A program made the position numbers and the translations under genes. A stretch of DNA of 63,931 bases, the filler included, from Hausera hauseri (Eukaryota): NCBI GenBank assembly GCA_046269625.1. It is 10 parts of 10 records of this genome, joined end to end, with 100 filler letters (N's around TTAATTAATTAA, not from the genome) between each part and the next. Parts side by side here need not be neighbours in the genome. Positions count along the whole stretch, not along the records: positions 1 to 7,235 come from JBJURY010020120.1; positions 7,336 to 12,014 come from JBJURY010478576.1; positions 12,115 to 21,344 come from JBJURY010423253.1; 7 more parts are not named here. One strand, given 5' to 3'. Shown piece after piece: positions 1 through 12,230 of this stretch (its first letter is position 1; each line of letters opens with the position of its first letter). A model generated the notes under the pieces. That model saw only the letters and a program-made list of their open reading frames with translations, was not told the origin of the DNA and did no database searches.

Positions 1-1645
1 TTTACTCTACCACAGTCCCACTTTCCCCACTACCATTGCTGCATCTCGATTTTGAGAATTTTCTACTCCAACTTCTCTGACAAATTGCTCACAACACAGT
101 TTCTGGTGTTTAAAATTTCCTGTTTATTGTCTTCATATGGCACTATTTCATCCCAATGGTCGTCATACATCTCTTCCACACACATATGGTTTACCTGGCG
201 TAATATGAAACAGTTTCTGAATTTGTGTACACTTTTCCCACATCAAACGTAAGTTGTTTGAAGGGCAGTTTCTTCTAATGTGTTCATGTTTTCCTCAGCA
301 AAAACAATCACCTTTAAATAGCACTTCAGCTTTCGGCGCTGGTAACTGTTTCATGAGGCAGTAGAGCTTTCTGGCTTCGTGATACACAAAGTGCGTTGGA
401 GCCTGTCTTCTTGTATCTGTAACCAAGCTGAAAAGTGGTTTCTTGTCCTGTGCAATACAATTGTTTAGCGACTTCGTTTCAAACCTTTCTTTTCTCGGAT
501 ATTCTGTTCCACAATTTCATATGACCGGTCTTCTGTCATATCCCATGGGTTTCAAGTACGGTGTCTTTTCAAGATTTCTGTTGGGAGCCTTTACCGCATT
601 TCGGAAGGATGCCACTTCTCTGTACTCTTCTACGGTTTGACTATCCTCCAAAATTTTAGCCTCCATCCTCATCCCTTCTACCGTCATTTTTGGTTTGAAA
701 ACAAACCGGTGTCTTAGCACTTTTGAGCTAATTCATTTTCCCAGAACTTCTTGAACGAATTCATCTTTGTTCAACTCAAAAATTTTATCTTGCTTGAGGC
801 ACCCTGATCTCAAATGTCAACAACTTTTCTCCTTCTTTTTGACACATGTTGGCCAATTCGACTACCTCATCGAGAGGGTTTACCTTCCTCATAAACGTCG
901 TTTTAAACCATATTATTGCTTTTTCGTCTGATGGTTGGTTAGTAAGTAGAAGTGAGCTCTCCACCGCACTTCTCTAATTTGTCGGAAAACCACTTTTCCC
1001 CACCTGATTGGCTATTCCGATCATGTCACTAAAATTTTCTCGCGACCCCCCTCCCTTGCCTAAAAGAAGGTCGTGAAATGGACTTTGGACCAAGTGATAT
1101 CGATAGCGCATGACGAGGTGAGCAAAAATTAGTATAGGTGGAGTGTACCTAAAATGTAAGGGAAAGGTGCTAGAATAAGAAGAAGCAAAACAGGAAATGT
1201 GTCACGTATAACGGGAAACATGTTGATAGCACTCAAAAAATGTGTACAGGGGGTAAATCGATATTTTCGATTGCAATGGACACGGTTGCAACGTTATCTG
1301 ACCATGGGAAGGAGGAAAAATCGATGGGAAATTTTCAAATGGGAAAAATTTCCCCTTGCATAAGTCAGACGGTGGTAGAAATGGGTTGTGTACGTAGCAC
1401 ATCATTAGTTCAGCATTTCATATTATAGCAGCCTCACGATCAGACGATTGTAAGTCGGTGAAAATCGTCGTTGAAAATCATCATCACCATCATTATTGTA
1501 AAAAGTCAACTTTGAAGTTTGTTTTTTGCTTACAAAACCGACAGTCGGTTACCGTAACGGAATTTTACTACATAAAACAAAAGCATCAGCAACAACAAAA
1601 TAAAATATATTTCACAAAACAGAAAACGTTTTTTCACAAAAGTGA

Positions 1646-2020
1646 TTATAATGTAAGCCACAATAAGCAGTAATGTCCACACAGTATAGTCATTGGATGT
1701 TGATAGTGAAGTCAATTATATTCAACACGTTATGATGAAAATGATTGTCTTTCAACTTGAGAAACTAACGGTGACAGATAGTAAAATCCAAGCGGATCGA
1801 ATACTCTGACGATGGTCGGATGGACGTACACAGCAATCCCATGTTCGCCCGGCAACGATGAAGTGTGCATTGACAATGAAGCCGCCAGTTTGTCGTAAAT
1901 CACGCGGCACAGTCTAGTGGAAACGCCACGAAATTTCGGGCCCAAGAGCAGTTTTCCGTAGTTACTGAGCTCACTGGAGCTAAATGTAAAATGTGATTGA
2001 AGCACATTAGTAGTAGTCAA
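1646..2020 (-). pseudogene. Polinton adenain-like cysteine protease
   Basis: SSLPGEHGIAVY...VFDPLG matches the H and D motifs. After in-frame stops the reading continues YN...HYQHPMTILCGHYCLLWL, matching Q...CGxYC. Confidence 0.8.
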
Positions 2021-2079
2021 AATAAATTACTTCACAGTACGACGAAGAAGACGAAGAAAAGGTGAGACACAGCGAATTT

Positions 2080-3322
2080 TTTATACAATGACGGTTCAGT
2101 TTTCGTTATTTCAACTTCGGCATCAAATACACCGTAAATGTACATGGCGGTAGATTGCTCCAACGCTTTAGCAAAGTGAACCTCCAGTCGCAGGTTTCCC
2201 TGCTGAGGTAGTTGAGTCTGTTCAACGTCATAATTCGGAGCCAGCACGAAGGTGAAGAATGGATAGATGGACTTGAACAAATCCATCGATATGTCATTGT
2301 TGACATTTTTGTTCAGCAAACTCATGTTGCGCACGACATATTGCATATATATGCAAACATAATCGTCGGTCTCGAAATCCTGCTTGTATGTCTCAAAGAA
2401 ATCAGCATTATTACCCAAACTGATGTAATTCACATTGCTATGGATAAACGTTTCCGAATCGGTTGTATAACTGCCCGTTTATTGAGCACTCATTGAAATA
2501 TAACAAGCACAAATTTCGGCAATCGCATGTCACCAAACAATGCAACTTTGTAAAACGTAGTTGAACCTTTGGGCATGGTATAAAACACGAGTTCTGTGCG
2601 TTGTAATGGGTAATAGGCATTTTGTGTTTCCAAATCTCATCGATGTCCCATGAGCACAGGTAGTTCTACCTTTACACGACGTACGTATAATCGTGCCTCG
2701 GTAATTTTCAGTATGAGCTTGAGATTTGCAACTGCAGTTTTCAAAAAAAAGACATTGTCGCTTTGTTTGAGCTGAATCATGGCTTTAAAAACGGGCAGTA
2801 GGTATTTCGGCTGATCGAAAAAGTCAAAGTACAGTGGTCCACACATTGTAAGCGCTTTTGATTCTGCTACCCATGCCTGACGGTTTGCTGCAGTGGCGTC
2901 ATATTTGATGGTTTTCGTCAAATGAGTCGTTTTCGCGTCTACACTGTAATTTATAACCGTTTCCGTGAGTACTTTGATACTGTAGACTGGTGTTGCCTTC
3001 AATTTTGGCTCTGTTTAGAGTCAGTGAAGCCTCCTGGAACAGTGTGAGGAAAAAGTAATTGGCCGGTGTGACAGTATCTGTTGCAGCGAGAACAGTTGAC
3101 CCATCCTTTTTAACAATGACTTTTACATAGAGTAGAGTATCGTTCAAATCCAGGTATTCATTGTCCGATGTCATAATGTTGAACTGAATGTCACTGTTAT
3201 CGTCCATTGAAACCGAATCAACGGAGTAGATTTCTTCAAATGCCGCATTGTCAATAGCAACTTGTGGTGCAGCTTTGTCAAATATTCACGATTCAGATTA
3301 TGCAGATGCCGTTAGTCTATCA
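2080..3322 (-). pseudogene. Polinton major capsid protein (double jelly-roll), frameshifted
   Basis: Fragments IQFNIMTSDNEYLDLNDTLLYVK, GPLYFDFFDQPKYLL, KITEARLYVRRVKV and QQGNLRLEVHFAKALEQSTAMYIYGVFDAEVEI occur in the expected order across three ORFs. Confidence 0.88.
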
Positions 3323-3329
3323 ATCAATC

Positions 3330-3680
3330 AATCGAAAATCGTACGATGACGACGTTTGCTTATAGTTGAAAAGCTAGCTAATCTACCACGTTTTTTAAAG
3401 CCACTACCAGCGAATTGTTTTTTGACTGATTCAACGACTCCCAGTGCAGCGCTTTTTCTGCCAAGGTGGGTTCCTTCAGTGATGGTAAAATCGATTTGTT
3501 TTCATATAGTACGTCCTATGTTGTTTTTGCTGCCACGGCTCAAATACGTTTCAACACTGGAAATGCTAAATATGCCAATGGACGCAATCATCCAGAGCTA
3601 TACTGCTTACCAACGAAATACGGCAGTTAACCGCCTTGCTGGGGTTTCCTGTGAATGGAAACGATTTCAGAATCAATCAT
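3330..3680 (-). pseudogene. Small basic Polinton core (pVII-like) protein remnant
   Basis: Reconstructed frames read YFVGKQYSSG... and end GSGLKKRGRLASFSTISKRRHRTIFD; lies immediately upstream of the major capsid gene. Confidence 0.5.
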
Positions 3681-3689
3681 GTTCGTTTC

Positions 3690-4710
3690 GACGTAAATGA
3701 AGAGTTAGACTGGTTGTGGTATCTTACAGAAATTCAGTAAATTAGCCAACGTCACATATGATATTGACTTCAACATTGTTTATAGATGTAGTTGTCACAG
3801 GTAGGTATATTGGATTATCGAGCTTGACAGTGACATTGTCGCCAGCAGTATACTTGCTACTTTCCGGATAAATTGCACGGAGTAGCGGTACACGTACGCT
3901 ACCCACCAAAATCGGTTCGGTGATATTCGTGTAAATGTACATTTGTTGTAGTGCGTTTTTCAGCTTTGGTTTAAGTGTTGCAAGACGTGCCTTCGTATTC
4001 CGCTCAAACTGCTGTATTTCAAAACCCAATACCCTGGCCTAAGTTTTGTCCAACGAAATGTCGACAATATCCTTAGCCAGTTCAAATTTAATGTACCCAC
4101 TTGCACCTGACTCGAAAACTTTAAATATCTCCTTGTACTTTTGATACGAAAAGTGTTGACCGCGATGTGCTACAGATTCGCAATAGACATTGTCTCCAAT
4201 CGATACGTATTTTGTTGACACCTTTTTGCTGTATAGGTAAATTTCACCGTTGTCTGGTAATGTATGGGGCTTAATCTTGGAGCAACTGCATATTCCCTTT
4301 TAATATCTTTAGCCTTGTACTCTATATTTTTGAATCCAGATTTCTGCGCCATATCACAGGACTCAAAGGCGACAGTAAATTCAAAATTTGCCACAAAATG
4401 TAAGTTGTCCTCTAAAAGAAAAACACCGATCTTGCCGCATGAATCGGAATTTTTACTGGCCGTGCAAATGGGAAATTTTTTAACTGTTATTTTATTGTAA
4501 GTGACAGAGGACAAGAATGTGTTTTGGTTTCAATAACAGCCTCGCTGTACGTTATATTCATACTACCTTTCAATGTCACCGGTATGTAGGGAAAGATAAA
4601 TTCCGTCAGTGCAACCTCACATTTTCCAGATAAATCCAAAGGATTGTCCCAGTCTACAACGTATTCACTGGCTGAATTGCTCGGACAACACCATGTATAT
4701 ACTCATGATC
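3690..4710 (-). pseudogene. Polinton minor capsid (penton-like) protein, copy 2
   Basis: N-terminal SNSASEYVVDWDNPLDLSGKCEVALTEFIFP and C-terminal MYIYTNITEPILVGSVRVPLLR...NPIYLPV...INNVEVNI...LTLHLR. Confidence 0.8.
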
Positions 4711-4742
4711 TCGATGATGCTGGTGATGACTCAGTTTGTTTA

Positions 4743-5580
4743 TTATTGACGACTTCGAAAATGTAACGTCAAATGTGTCGTTGACCCAAACAGAAATTTA
4801 ATGGGTTTACAAAATTCATCAAGCATATACACGGAAATACTGTGCACAATATTCTTAGACAATGACAAGTAAATGGGTCTGAACATATTAACGCGAACAG
4901 TTTCACCCGATGTTTCGTACGTGTGAGAATCCAGGTCGATAGAAGCCAGTAGTTGTTTACGTTCTCCACCAACGTGTATAGATTGGGTTAAGTCCGTTAA
5001 AATGTTGATTCGGTGAAATGCTCCATAGAGTTGGGGTTTGTATTTGGCAACAGTAGATTGTCCAACAATGGTTTGATAGAATTCACATTTTGGATAACCC
5101 AGATTCCGAGCCAATAATTCATCAAAGGCAAAATATGTTACATTTTAATGTAGTGTAAGCGAAATATGACTATCTGAGTTTATTTTACATGTTTTTACAG
5201 CTAATGTAGCCGTTTTCTTAACGTATTCACACAATTCCAGTTCCGTTTCCATAAATAAGTCATATGGTACAATATACGAGCGAAAGACTGATTCTGACCG
5301 AATCCAGTTCACTGCAACTACGGTTGTCACATTAGAAGATAGGTTCAATTTTTCACCAATTATAACATGTCCACCTGGCCGTAGACCTTTCAAACGTATA
5401 TTGACTGATTGAAAACCCAATGCCTGAGCATCAGCTATGGATTCATACTGCAATTCCATGGGATGTCGATGTGTTAGTTTTATACGGTAGTTTGAAAAAT
5501 AAGCGTAAACCGAGAAATTGTATTGCTAATAATTGCGACGAGTATATTTGTTAGAGTCTCGGGTTAACTGTAAACGGCTT
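4743..5580 (-). pseudogene. Polinton minor capsid (penton-like) protein, copy 1
   Basis: C-terminal INILTDLTQSIHVGGERKQLLASI...RPIYLSL...VHSISVYMLDEFCKPIKF...LTLHFR is collinear with copy 2. Confidence 0.72.
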
Positions 5581-5625
5581 GAAATAGGGTATTTTTCTAG
5601 TCGGAGAAAGTAAATACCACTTTTC

Positions 5626-6615
5626 TCACGTATTGATTTGAGTGAAAATGTAATGTGTTAGATATTGTTTATTCGAATTATTGCCGTGTGAACATATAAT
5701 TTCCTGAATACGATATTCGTCGGGTTTCTCTGACGGTACTTGCAGTTCCTGTTCGTAGAATTTACCACCTATCTTCTCACCATTCCAAAACGTACATGAT
5801 GGGTGATTGTTTTGTGTTGATTGCTGAAATTTAAAATACTTCATCGCTCCAGTTCTGATTGAAATTCTTGATAAATGGCGTTTTCTTCAGCCGCGAAATG
5901 CATACATAATCGCCAATTCTATATTTTGGACGACAATTAACTGCTTATTGTCGGTTCTGGTAAAGCCACATGTCCAAATCATCAATTACATCAACCGGAC
6001 GTAATCCATTGATTCCTCAATGTGTCGCGTGATTGTATGCATGAATAATATCCGGAAGTACCTTTACCCTGCATTTATTGTCCTGCTTGGTAAAGAATTT
6101 GTTCAGTCGACCGTGTAGGATTCGATTAAATCGTTCAACGAGTGCGGCCTTGTATTGTGAAAATCCAGAGTAGTGATTTACACCGAACCGCCTGAAAACC
6201 GAGGCGACATGAGAATTGTAAAATGCCTTACAAAAGTCCGTTTATATGTGCTTTGACGGCTGTTGTTCAATTAATCTGTGAACGGCGTTGACAATCTCCT
6301 TACCGGATTTGGATTTGACTGCAACTGCACGTGCAAAGCGACTAAACAAATCAACTCATTCAACACGTAGCGATATCCATCGATAATGCTTTCATACGGG
6401 ATCATTTCCATGACAACCATTTGTCATACGTTGTTCACGCCTGCAGCACGGTATGCAAGAGTTGGAAACCGTTTTCGCCTTGGTTTGTTTAGGCTGTAGG
6501 CCAACTGCTTTCCCAACAAACGTTGGGTTTGTCGACGACTCTGCCGTACAGTCTTGATAGATTGTCGACGCGAGTATACCCTACGGGATGATGCGGATCG
6601 AACCACACGTCTATC
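5626..6615 (-). pseudogene. Polinton retroviral-like (rve) integrase with C-terminal chromodomain remnant
   Basis: WFDPHHPVGY...AYSLNKPRRKRFP...VDLFSRFARAVAVKSKSG...KAALVERFNRIL...AYNHATH...KYRIGDYV...NWSDEVF...IGGKFYEQELQ...YRIQEII; multiple stops and frameshifts. Confidence 0.9.
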
Positions 6616-6779
6616 ATCGGTGTTATCGATGTCGTTGTTGTTTGCATTACAACAAGTTGAACGAATCGTAAATGAAAGATTCGGTAAACTGGGACGAAAT
6701 GATGAAAACCAAGAACCCATACCGCCAAACATTGAATACTTACATAAATTGTTTCTACTGTTCACCCGAAGGGACCACC

Positions 6780-7076
6780 GATTAATGATGCGATGACCGG
6801 TAAAATTGCATCAAGGAATCCTCCATCTTGCTGGTACATGACCTCCCGTTTAAGTCATTTATTCCGAGCGTTGGCAAGGCTGATTAGTCGTTTTCGATAC
6901 TTTAATAAATTCCGCTTTCCATTACCAATGTCAACATGACTCACATCAAAATTGTACAAAATTTCCATTAAATCGTATACTAAAAATAGCGGGAATGATC
7001 GGAGCATGTTTTGCTTATGTTTTGTAGGTGACTTGAGCAAAGCAATAAAGTACGGCTGACTACGTTTGAATCGCAT
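6780..7076 (-). pseudogene. Small basic Polinton/adintovirus core-like protein
   Basis: DLMEILYN...LLKYRKRLISLA, then past a stop KREVMYQQDGGFLDAILPVIASL (QxGGFL motif). Confidence 0.65.
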
Positions 7077-7235
7077 TTTTGAACGTATTAATGCTGAAAC
7101 GTAGTTGTTTATAACCGCTACCACTGTGACGGTAATTGGCGTCTAGTCACTGCTGCTGCTGATGGTGTTCGAAGCACAGAATTGATTAATCGCCTTGATT
7201 AATCGCGGTTCGTTTGGAGACACGTTTCTTGCTCG

Positions 7236-7335
7236 NNNNNNNNNNNNNNNNNNNNNNNNNNNNNNNNNNNNNNNNNNNNTTAATTAATTAANNNNNNNNN
7301 NNNNNNNNNNNNNNNNNNNNNNNNNNNNNNNNNNN
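7236..7335. other. Artificial 100-bp contig spacer (N-run, TTAATTAATTAA, N-run)
   Basis: The same spacer recurs at 12015-12114, 21345-21444, 29029-29128, 34790-34889, 41479-41578, 49961-50060, 55093-55192 and 59890-59989, and gives stops in all six frames. Confidence 0.98.
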
Positions 7336-7878
7336 TCCGCAATTCCGTTCTAGACGAAATGTTTTCGACGACTGGAATCCAGACTTCTCCGAATTCTCTT
7401 TCTTTATTAACTTTAGTACCTTTTATCAGTCCGAGCTCGATTAGCTTCGAGGTATTCAAATCTATCGCGACGTTTGGTAGACGTCTTAATACATCACGTC
7501 CTAATACTACGTCGTTTTCTAAGTGTTCCATTATAGAAAATTCATGTTGAAATGTCTGTCCCATTATTTAAGATTAGAATTCCACTTGAATTTCGGTCTT
7601 GATTCTTGTCCGAAAGTTCCTACACTTCCGGGATCGGTTGCAAGTGGTAGTCGTAATTGATTGCGTAACATTTTTGGTATCGATCCGTCCTTTACGAATG
7701 ATTTCCCTGATCCGGTATCTACTAATGCGTATACTTTCCAATCTTCAATACTAATTTTGGCGAAGGATCTACCTTCTTTTATCTTAGGTTGTTTAACGAC
7801 TGATATTTTGTGCCGGTTCACGCTAATTTCTGGTGATTTATTCTCGGCTACTTGTCTTAACTCCTCAATGGGATACAA
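7336..7878 (-). pseudogene. Retropepsin-type aspartic protease
   Basis: KISIEDWKVYALVDTGSGKSFV active site, then after a frameshift FQHEFSIMEHLENDVVLGRDVL (hhLGxD motif). Confidence 0.88.
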
Positions 7879-8329
7879 TCCATTATTGAAACTATTTTCG
7901 TTGTCTCTTTTCGGCGCATTGATTAGCGGTTCTTGGTTGTTTTAGTTATGGAAGAATTGCATTTGTGGATTATCCCAAATTAATGATTTAGTTTCTGTAT
8001 TCCGTGAAATCGTTGGAGAGTATATTATCTTGCGATCATCTGCGTGGTGGCGGTATAATTCGGATTTTTCTCTGGTTCGGTACATTTTCCGTAACATGCC
8101 GTACTGTTTTGACCCTTCATAGGGATCTTCATAACTGAAAAACTTTTGATATTTTTCCCAACTATAGGAGTTAATAGATCTCTTACCGCTGTCTTCATAT
8201 TGTGGTGCCAAAGGGGACAACTTTGGCAAAGGCGGCCTAAGCGCCTTCCGATTTTGTGTTTCTTTGGCCTATAAAAAATATATATTTTCTCTTTCGTTTC
8301 CGATTATAATAACCAACGTGTCTCTGCAC

Positions 8330-10165
8330 GTCGCTCTTCCATATGTTTTCTTCGTAAGCTTTCAAAAATTTTCCGAAAGGTGTTATGATTGCGGTCAAAA
8401 TTTTACATGAAAATCCAGTTAAAGTAAATATTTCGTAGCTTTTTATAATAGACTAAATTATAGCCTTTATGAGTTGTACCAAAAAGTAAGTGGCTAAAAA
8501 TTCTGATATAGCTTGTCCGAAAATTAAAAATCTTCCCCAAATTTATGCAATATTTCTGTGGTGACTCTTTGATAATAATTGACGCCAAGTAAGGATTCCC
8601 ATTTTGCTTGGTAACGGGTGTTATCCATCACCGTTGACATGGCTCTATTTAGCTCATGTGTATGTTGTCGAGGGAAAGCCAAAAATTGTCTAAAAGCTTC
8701 GATCTCTTTTGGTCTGTAAATACCTTTACTTGCATTGTCAGCGAACTCATCGTCTGTTATACCTTTTAGTAAGTTTGTTCCGGTTAATTTGCCAGGCGTA
8801 GCTATTATTCCTCCATTTGGCAGACTTACCCAATTTGTCTCACTTCTCTTAAACATAGGCTCGCCTAAACCTGCTTTGCATTCTTTCAAGACACTTGGTT
8901 GTGTCGCGTTTTCTAGTAAAACTCTAGTGAGTGGCATATCCAATTGGGGTACGTTTTGATATATGTCCGGCAATTCTTTAATACAGCGTTTTTTTCCACG
9001 TTTAAAGATACGTCCCGTTTCTCACATTCGTAGATTAACAGAACTTCTCCCGTAACTCTTCCGAAAATGCCTTGTTTCATTGCAATTATTGGTGATGCTA
9101 GTTCTTGATTCGCATAGATTAAGGCTAGTTTGGTTCTCATGATTTCCATATCCAGTTTACAATCATTTGCAATCATTTTTTGATATAATTTTGCTAATCC
9201 GATTTGTTCTCTATAATAGAAGAAATCATCTCTATTTTTTAATTAATCTTCTATTCGTACGTCTTGTGTTTCCAATGTGAAGGTAGTCATTGCGGTTTCT
9301 TCCACGAAGAATGCTTCATTATTGGTAGCGTACATTACGTTGCATCGAGAGAGCATTTGTTTCTTAATAAATTTCAGTCCGTGATCCTCAGATATCAATA
9401 TCGTGGGTGTAGAGTGCTCAGCAACGTCCTTCCTTGGCCTGGCATTATTCTCGGTTGTCTACACCTACCTTTTTCCTGTGGTTTCGTTAAAATTTATCTC
9501 TTGTTTTAATAAAATTCCAATCATTCATAGGTGGTGGAGTCCAATTGACTATTGAGTTTTGAAAAGTACAGGCGCCATCTTGGATATGGCACTTCTGGTT
9601 TTCGGTATATGTTTTCGTAATACTATGGAACATCATCTTTTGATTCCTCATTTCTGTTTCGTAGAAATCGACTATTACTATTCCTGCTTCTCTTCCTTTT
9701 CTGGTATTGTGTTCATCTCCTTTACAGTATCCGGTGTGCATGTCCAGTTTTCCAATTGCTACTTTATACACTCGATTTATCTTTCCTGGTTGGACTTCTA
9801 GCTCTATTCCATCCCATCTCAGTCATCCGGTTTCGTTAGCCTGTTTACACTTGTCGATCTAAATCCATAGGAATTAGTGGAGTCGTCTGTTTTACTATCG
9901 ATGAATGTCCGTGCATGTTTCCGTAGTGGAAAATGCTTCACGGTCGTCGCAACATGCATTCTATTCCGTCTATTGCAATTAATTCGAGTTGCTGATACAG
10001 AAAATACTTTTTCTCAATGGTTACTAACTGGTGAGGTCGAGCATCTTCGCATAATTCCAAATCCATCAAGGAATATCTTTGTCCAACCTTAAACTTATCG
10101 CAGTCATATACGGTGACTGCACCGAGCTGTCTTATTAACATCATAAGTGTTATTAGTTTAATCAT
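8330..10165 (-). pseudogene. Chuvirus-like / herpesvirus gB-type (class III) envelope glycoprotein
   Basis: Signal-like MIKLITLMMLIRQLGA|VTVYDC; KCHIQDGAC; CKLDMEIMRTKLAL; GIFGRVTGEVLLIYEC; GIYRPKEIEAFRQFLAFP; C-terminal membrane region GRFLIFGQAISEFLATYFLVQLIKAII...TGFSCKILTAII. These are collinear with chuvirus G motifs. Confidence 0.82.
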
Positions 10166-12014
10166 CCAATTTGATTCACTGTCTCGCACTGAGTTAGTTG
10201 GCGTTAAATTTCTTACCACATCTTCAATCCTAGTGGTCAGCCTGTTTCCATCTTCGTCATCAAATAACTTGGACCAATTTATCTCTCTAGGTATCTTCCT
10301 AGCAGCTTTTCTGACTAACCCAATGGTCCTATTGAATTCATTTTATTTTAGAGGATTTGTTTTGATTGACAAGTACAATATTACTTTCCTAAATTCTTCC
10401 TTAGTATTCTCTACCATAATTTTCTCGATTAAAACTTCGTCAGATAAGTTGCTTTTATTCATTTTCAACCGAAATGTTCTCATAATCCTCGCAGCATCAT
10501 AATTGCTTTTTCTTTTTCGTCTAACATCTCGTCTCTCGGTTCAGAATAGTTTACTATTTTGATGATGTATCTAAGCAACCCGTTTAACTCTTCGCTCTCG
10601 GAGTTAATCGCGGGCATAGATAGTTGCCTTAGTTCTCGTATCAGGGCTGCACTTTGGTCAACATCATCTCTTATTTTTCTCGGCTTTCCAACTGGTCGTT
10701 TCTGTTTCGGCGCAGTTGGTATTGCTTCACTCATCGGTACTAGATTCTTGTCGTATTGTTCCTTATCTTCTTCATTCTGGAGGTAGTCAAAATACATGAC
10801 AGTGTCTATGACTCCCATAATGCGTCCTACAAAGTGTTTATCTCTTGCTTTTCTCGTAGCCTCTTCCTTTGTCTGTTCGTCGGTAATTATGGCCACTATA
10901 TGGTTTGTCTCTTCCGGAATAATTTCAACATCTATTAGCAGTTTGGGTTCGTATAGTATTCTACCTCTGACATATAATCGGTAATTTACTTCATCTTCTC
11001 CACCGTTTCGTACTATTCATTATTTTACTGCTCTAACCGATATCATCGTTTTACATTCAATTTCTTTTTCTTCCATCCATTCATCTGATACTTTTTACAT
11101 TAACCGTCATTTCGGGTTTAGTTTTTAAGAATTCAGCGTATTTCTTTATTAGTAATCCGGGTACTGATCTACAAACAGTATTTTCGGTTGATAATTTGGT
11201 CAATGTATGGATCAATTGTCTCAGTTTTCTCTCCATCATGTTGACGTTAATCTGCTCAATTAATTCTCTTTCGGCTAGTGCGGGATTTGATATCATTTCC
11301 ACATTAAATCGTCGATCGATTTGAAGAGTATCCATTGGTTGAAGTTGGATGGGCATTTTGGGGTTTTGGTTGTATAAATCTTCCAAATAAGTATCCCATC
11401 CTAAGTCATCTGTAACATGTGGAATTCCACAATCTAACAATGCCATAGGCGTGCTTTGTGCATTTTCACGGATTTCATTCAGTCTTGGCTGTATTTCCTT
11501 CATCAAGTTAGTGCGAAATTCTGCTCCATTTCCGCACGCAAGTTGTATAGTTTTTAGTGTCGGTCCTAATTCATCTGTAGGAAATAACCCTTTCCTTTCA
11601 TAATCCGTTTATTCGGTCGTCACATCCATTAACCATCTTTGTACGACTTCTCTTTTATTCGCTAACTCTAATTGCGTGACCTTATATTTATTCTTATAAG
11701 TCTCCTTACCTAATTAATCAAGTTTCGTAGCCCTTTGCTTTGTGCAAATCCGCAATTCTTCTAGCTCCTTGACTTGAGTTATCAATTGTCGTGTCTTATT
11801 GTCGTCTATTTCTGCCATTGTCGATAGTAGTGAAATTAATTCGCGCATTTCTTTTATATTTTTCGAACCTGGGTCTATTTCTTCAATCAGTCTCTTTACG
11901 AATTTAGCTTTATCTGGTGTGAGGCGATAATCTTTGTTTATTTCTATTAATTCAGCGTGACCATTCTGGTCGGTATCTGATGCCCACTTAAAAAGATGAT
12001 GTAGATAATTTAGT
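10166..12014 (-). pseudogene. Unknown charged/helical polyprotein region upstream of the glycoprotein
   Basis: ORFs 11081-11506 and 10480-10896 and their flanks join through isolated stops and frameshifts; the last segment runs in frame into the glycoprotein signal peptide. Confidence 0.55.
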
Positions 12015-12114
12015 NNNNNNNNNNNNNNNNNNNNNNNNNNNNNNNNNNNNNNNNNNNNTTAATTAATTAANNNNNNNNNNNNNNNNNNNNNNNNNNNNNN
12101 NNNNNNNNNNNNNN

Positions 12115-12230
12115 GATGGACTCTACTACCTGACAACCCTAACATAGACGATGTCCTATATGGCAGCCCACAGCAGCTTATTAAAACTGCAAATTTATAG
12201 GAAAGTCTACCCAAACCTAAAGTATAACGA
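12115..12230 (+). mobile_element. Possible 3' end of a non-LTR retrotransposon ORF2
   Basis: LPDNPNIDDVLYGSPQQLIKTANL resembles the LYG..xL.xTA C-terminus of LINE ORF2 proteins. Confidence 0.35.

Larger units (their letters stand above)
1..7235 (-). mobile_element. Decayed Polinton/Maverick (adintovirus-like) element fragment, truncated by contig ends
   Basis: Co-oriented minus-strand remnants of core protein, retroviral-type integrase, two minor capsid genes, pVII-like protein, major capsid and adenain-like protease, with many stops and frameshifts. No pPolB, ATPase or TIR is visible. Confidence 0.9.
7336..12014 (-). mobile_element. Decayed LTR-retroelement/endogenous-virus-like polyprotein region (unknown domain, fusion glycoprotein, aspartic protease)
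   Basis: Nearly continuous minus-strand coding with scattered stops and frameshifts across the whole contig; contains a gB/chuvirus-type glycoprotein and a retropepsin. Confidence 0.75.

Noticed and set aside
7280-7291. TTAATTAATTAA palindrome as a regularly spaced biological motif or CRISPR-like repeat
   Set aside because: Always centred in N runs; it is an artificial six-frame-stop linker. No CRISPR array or cas gene was seen.
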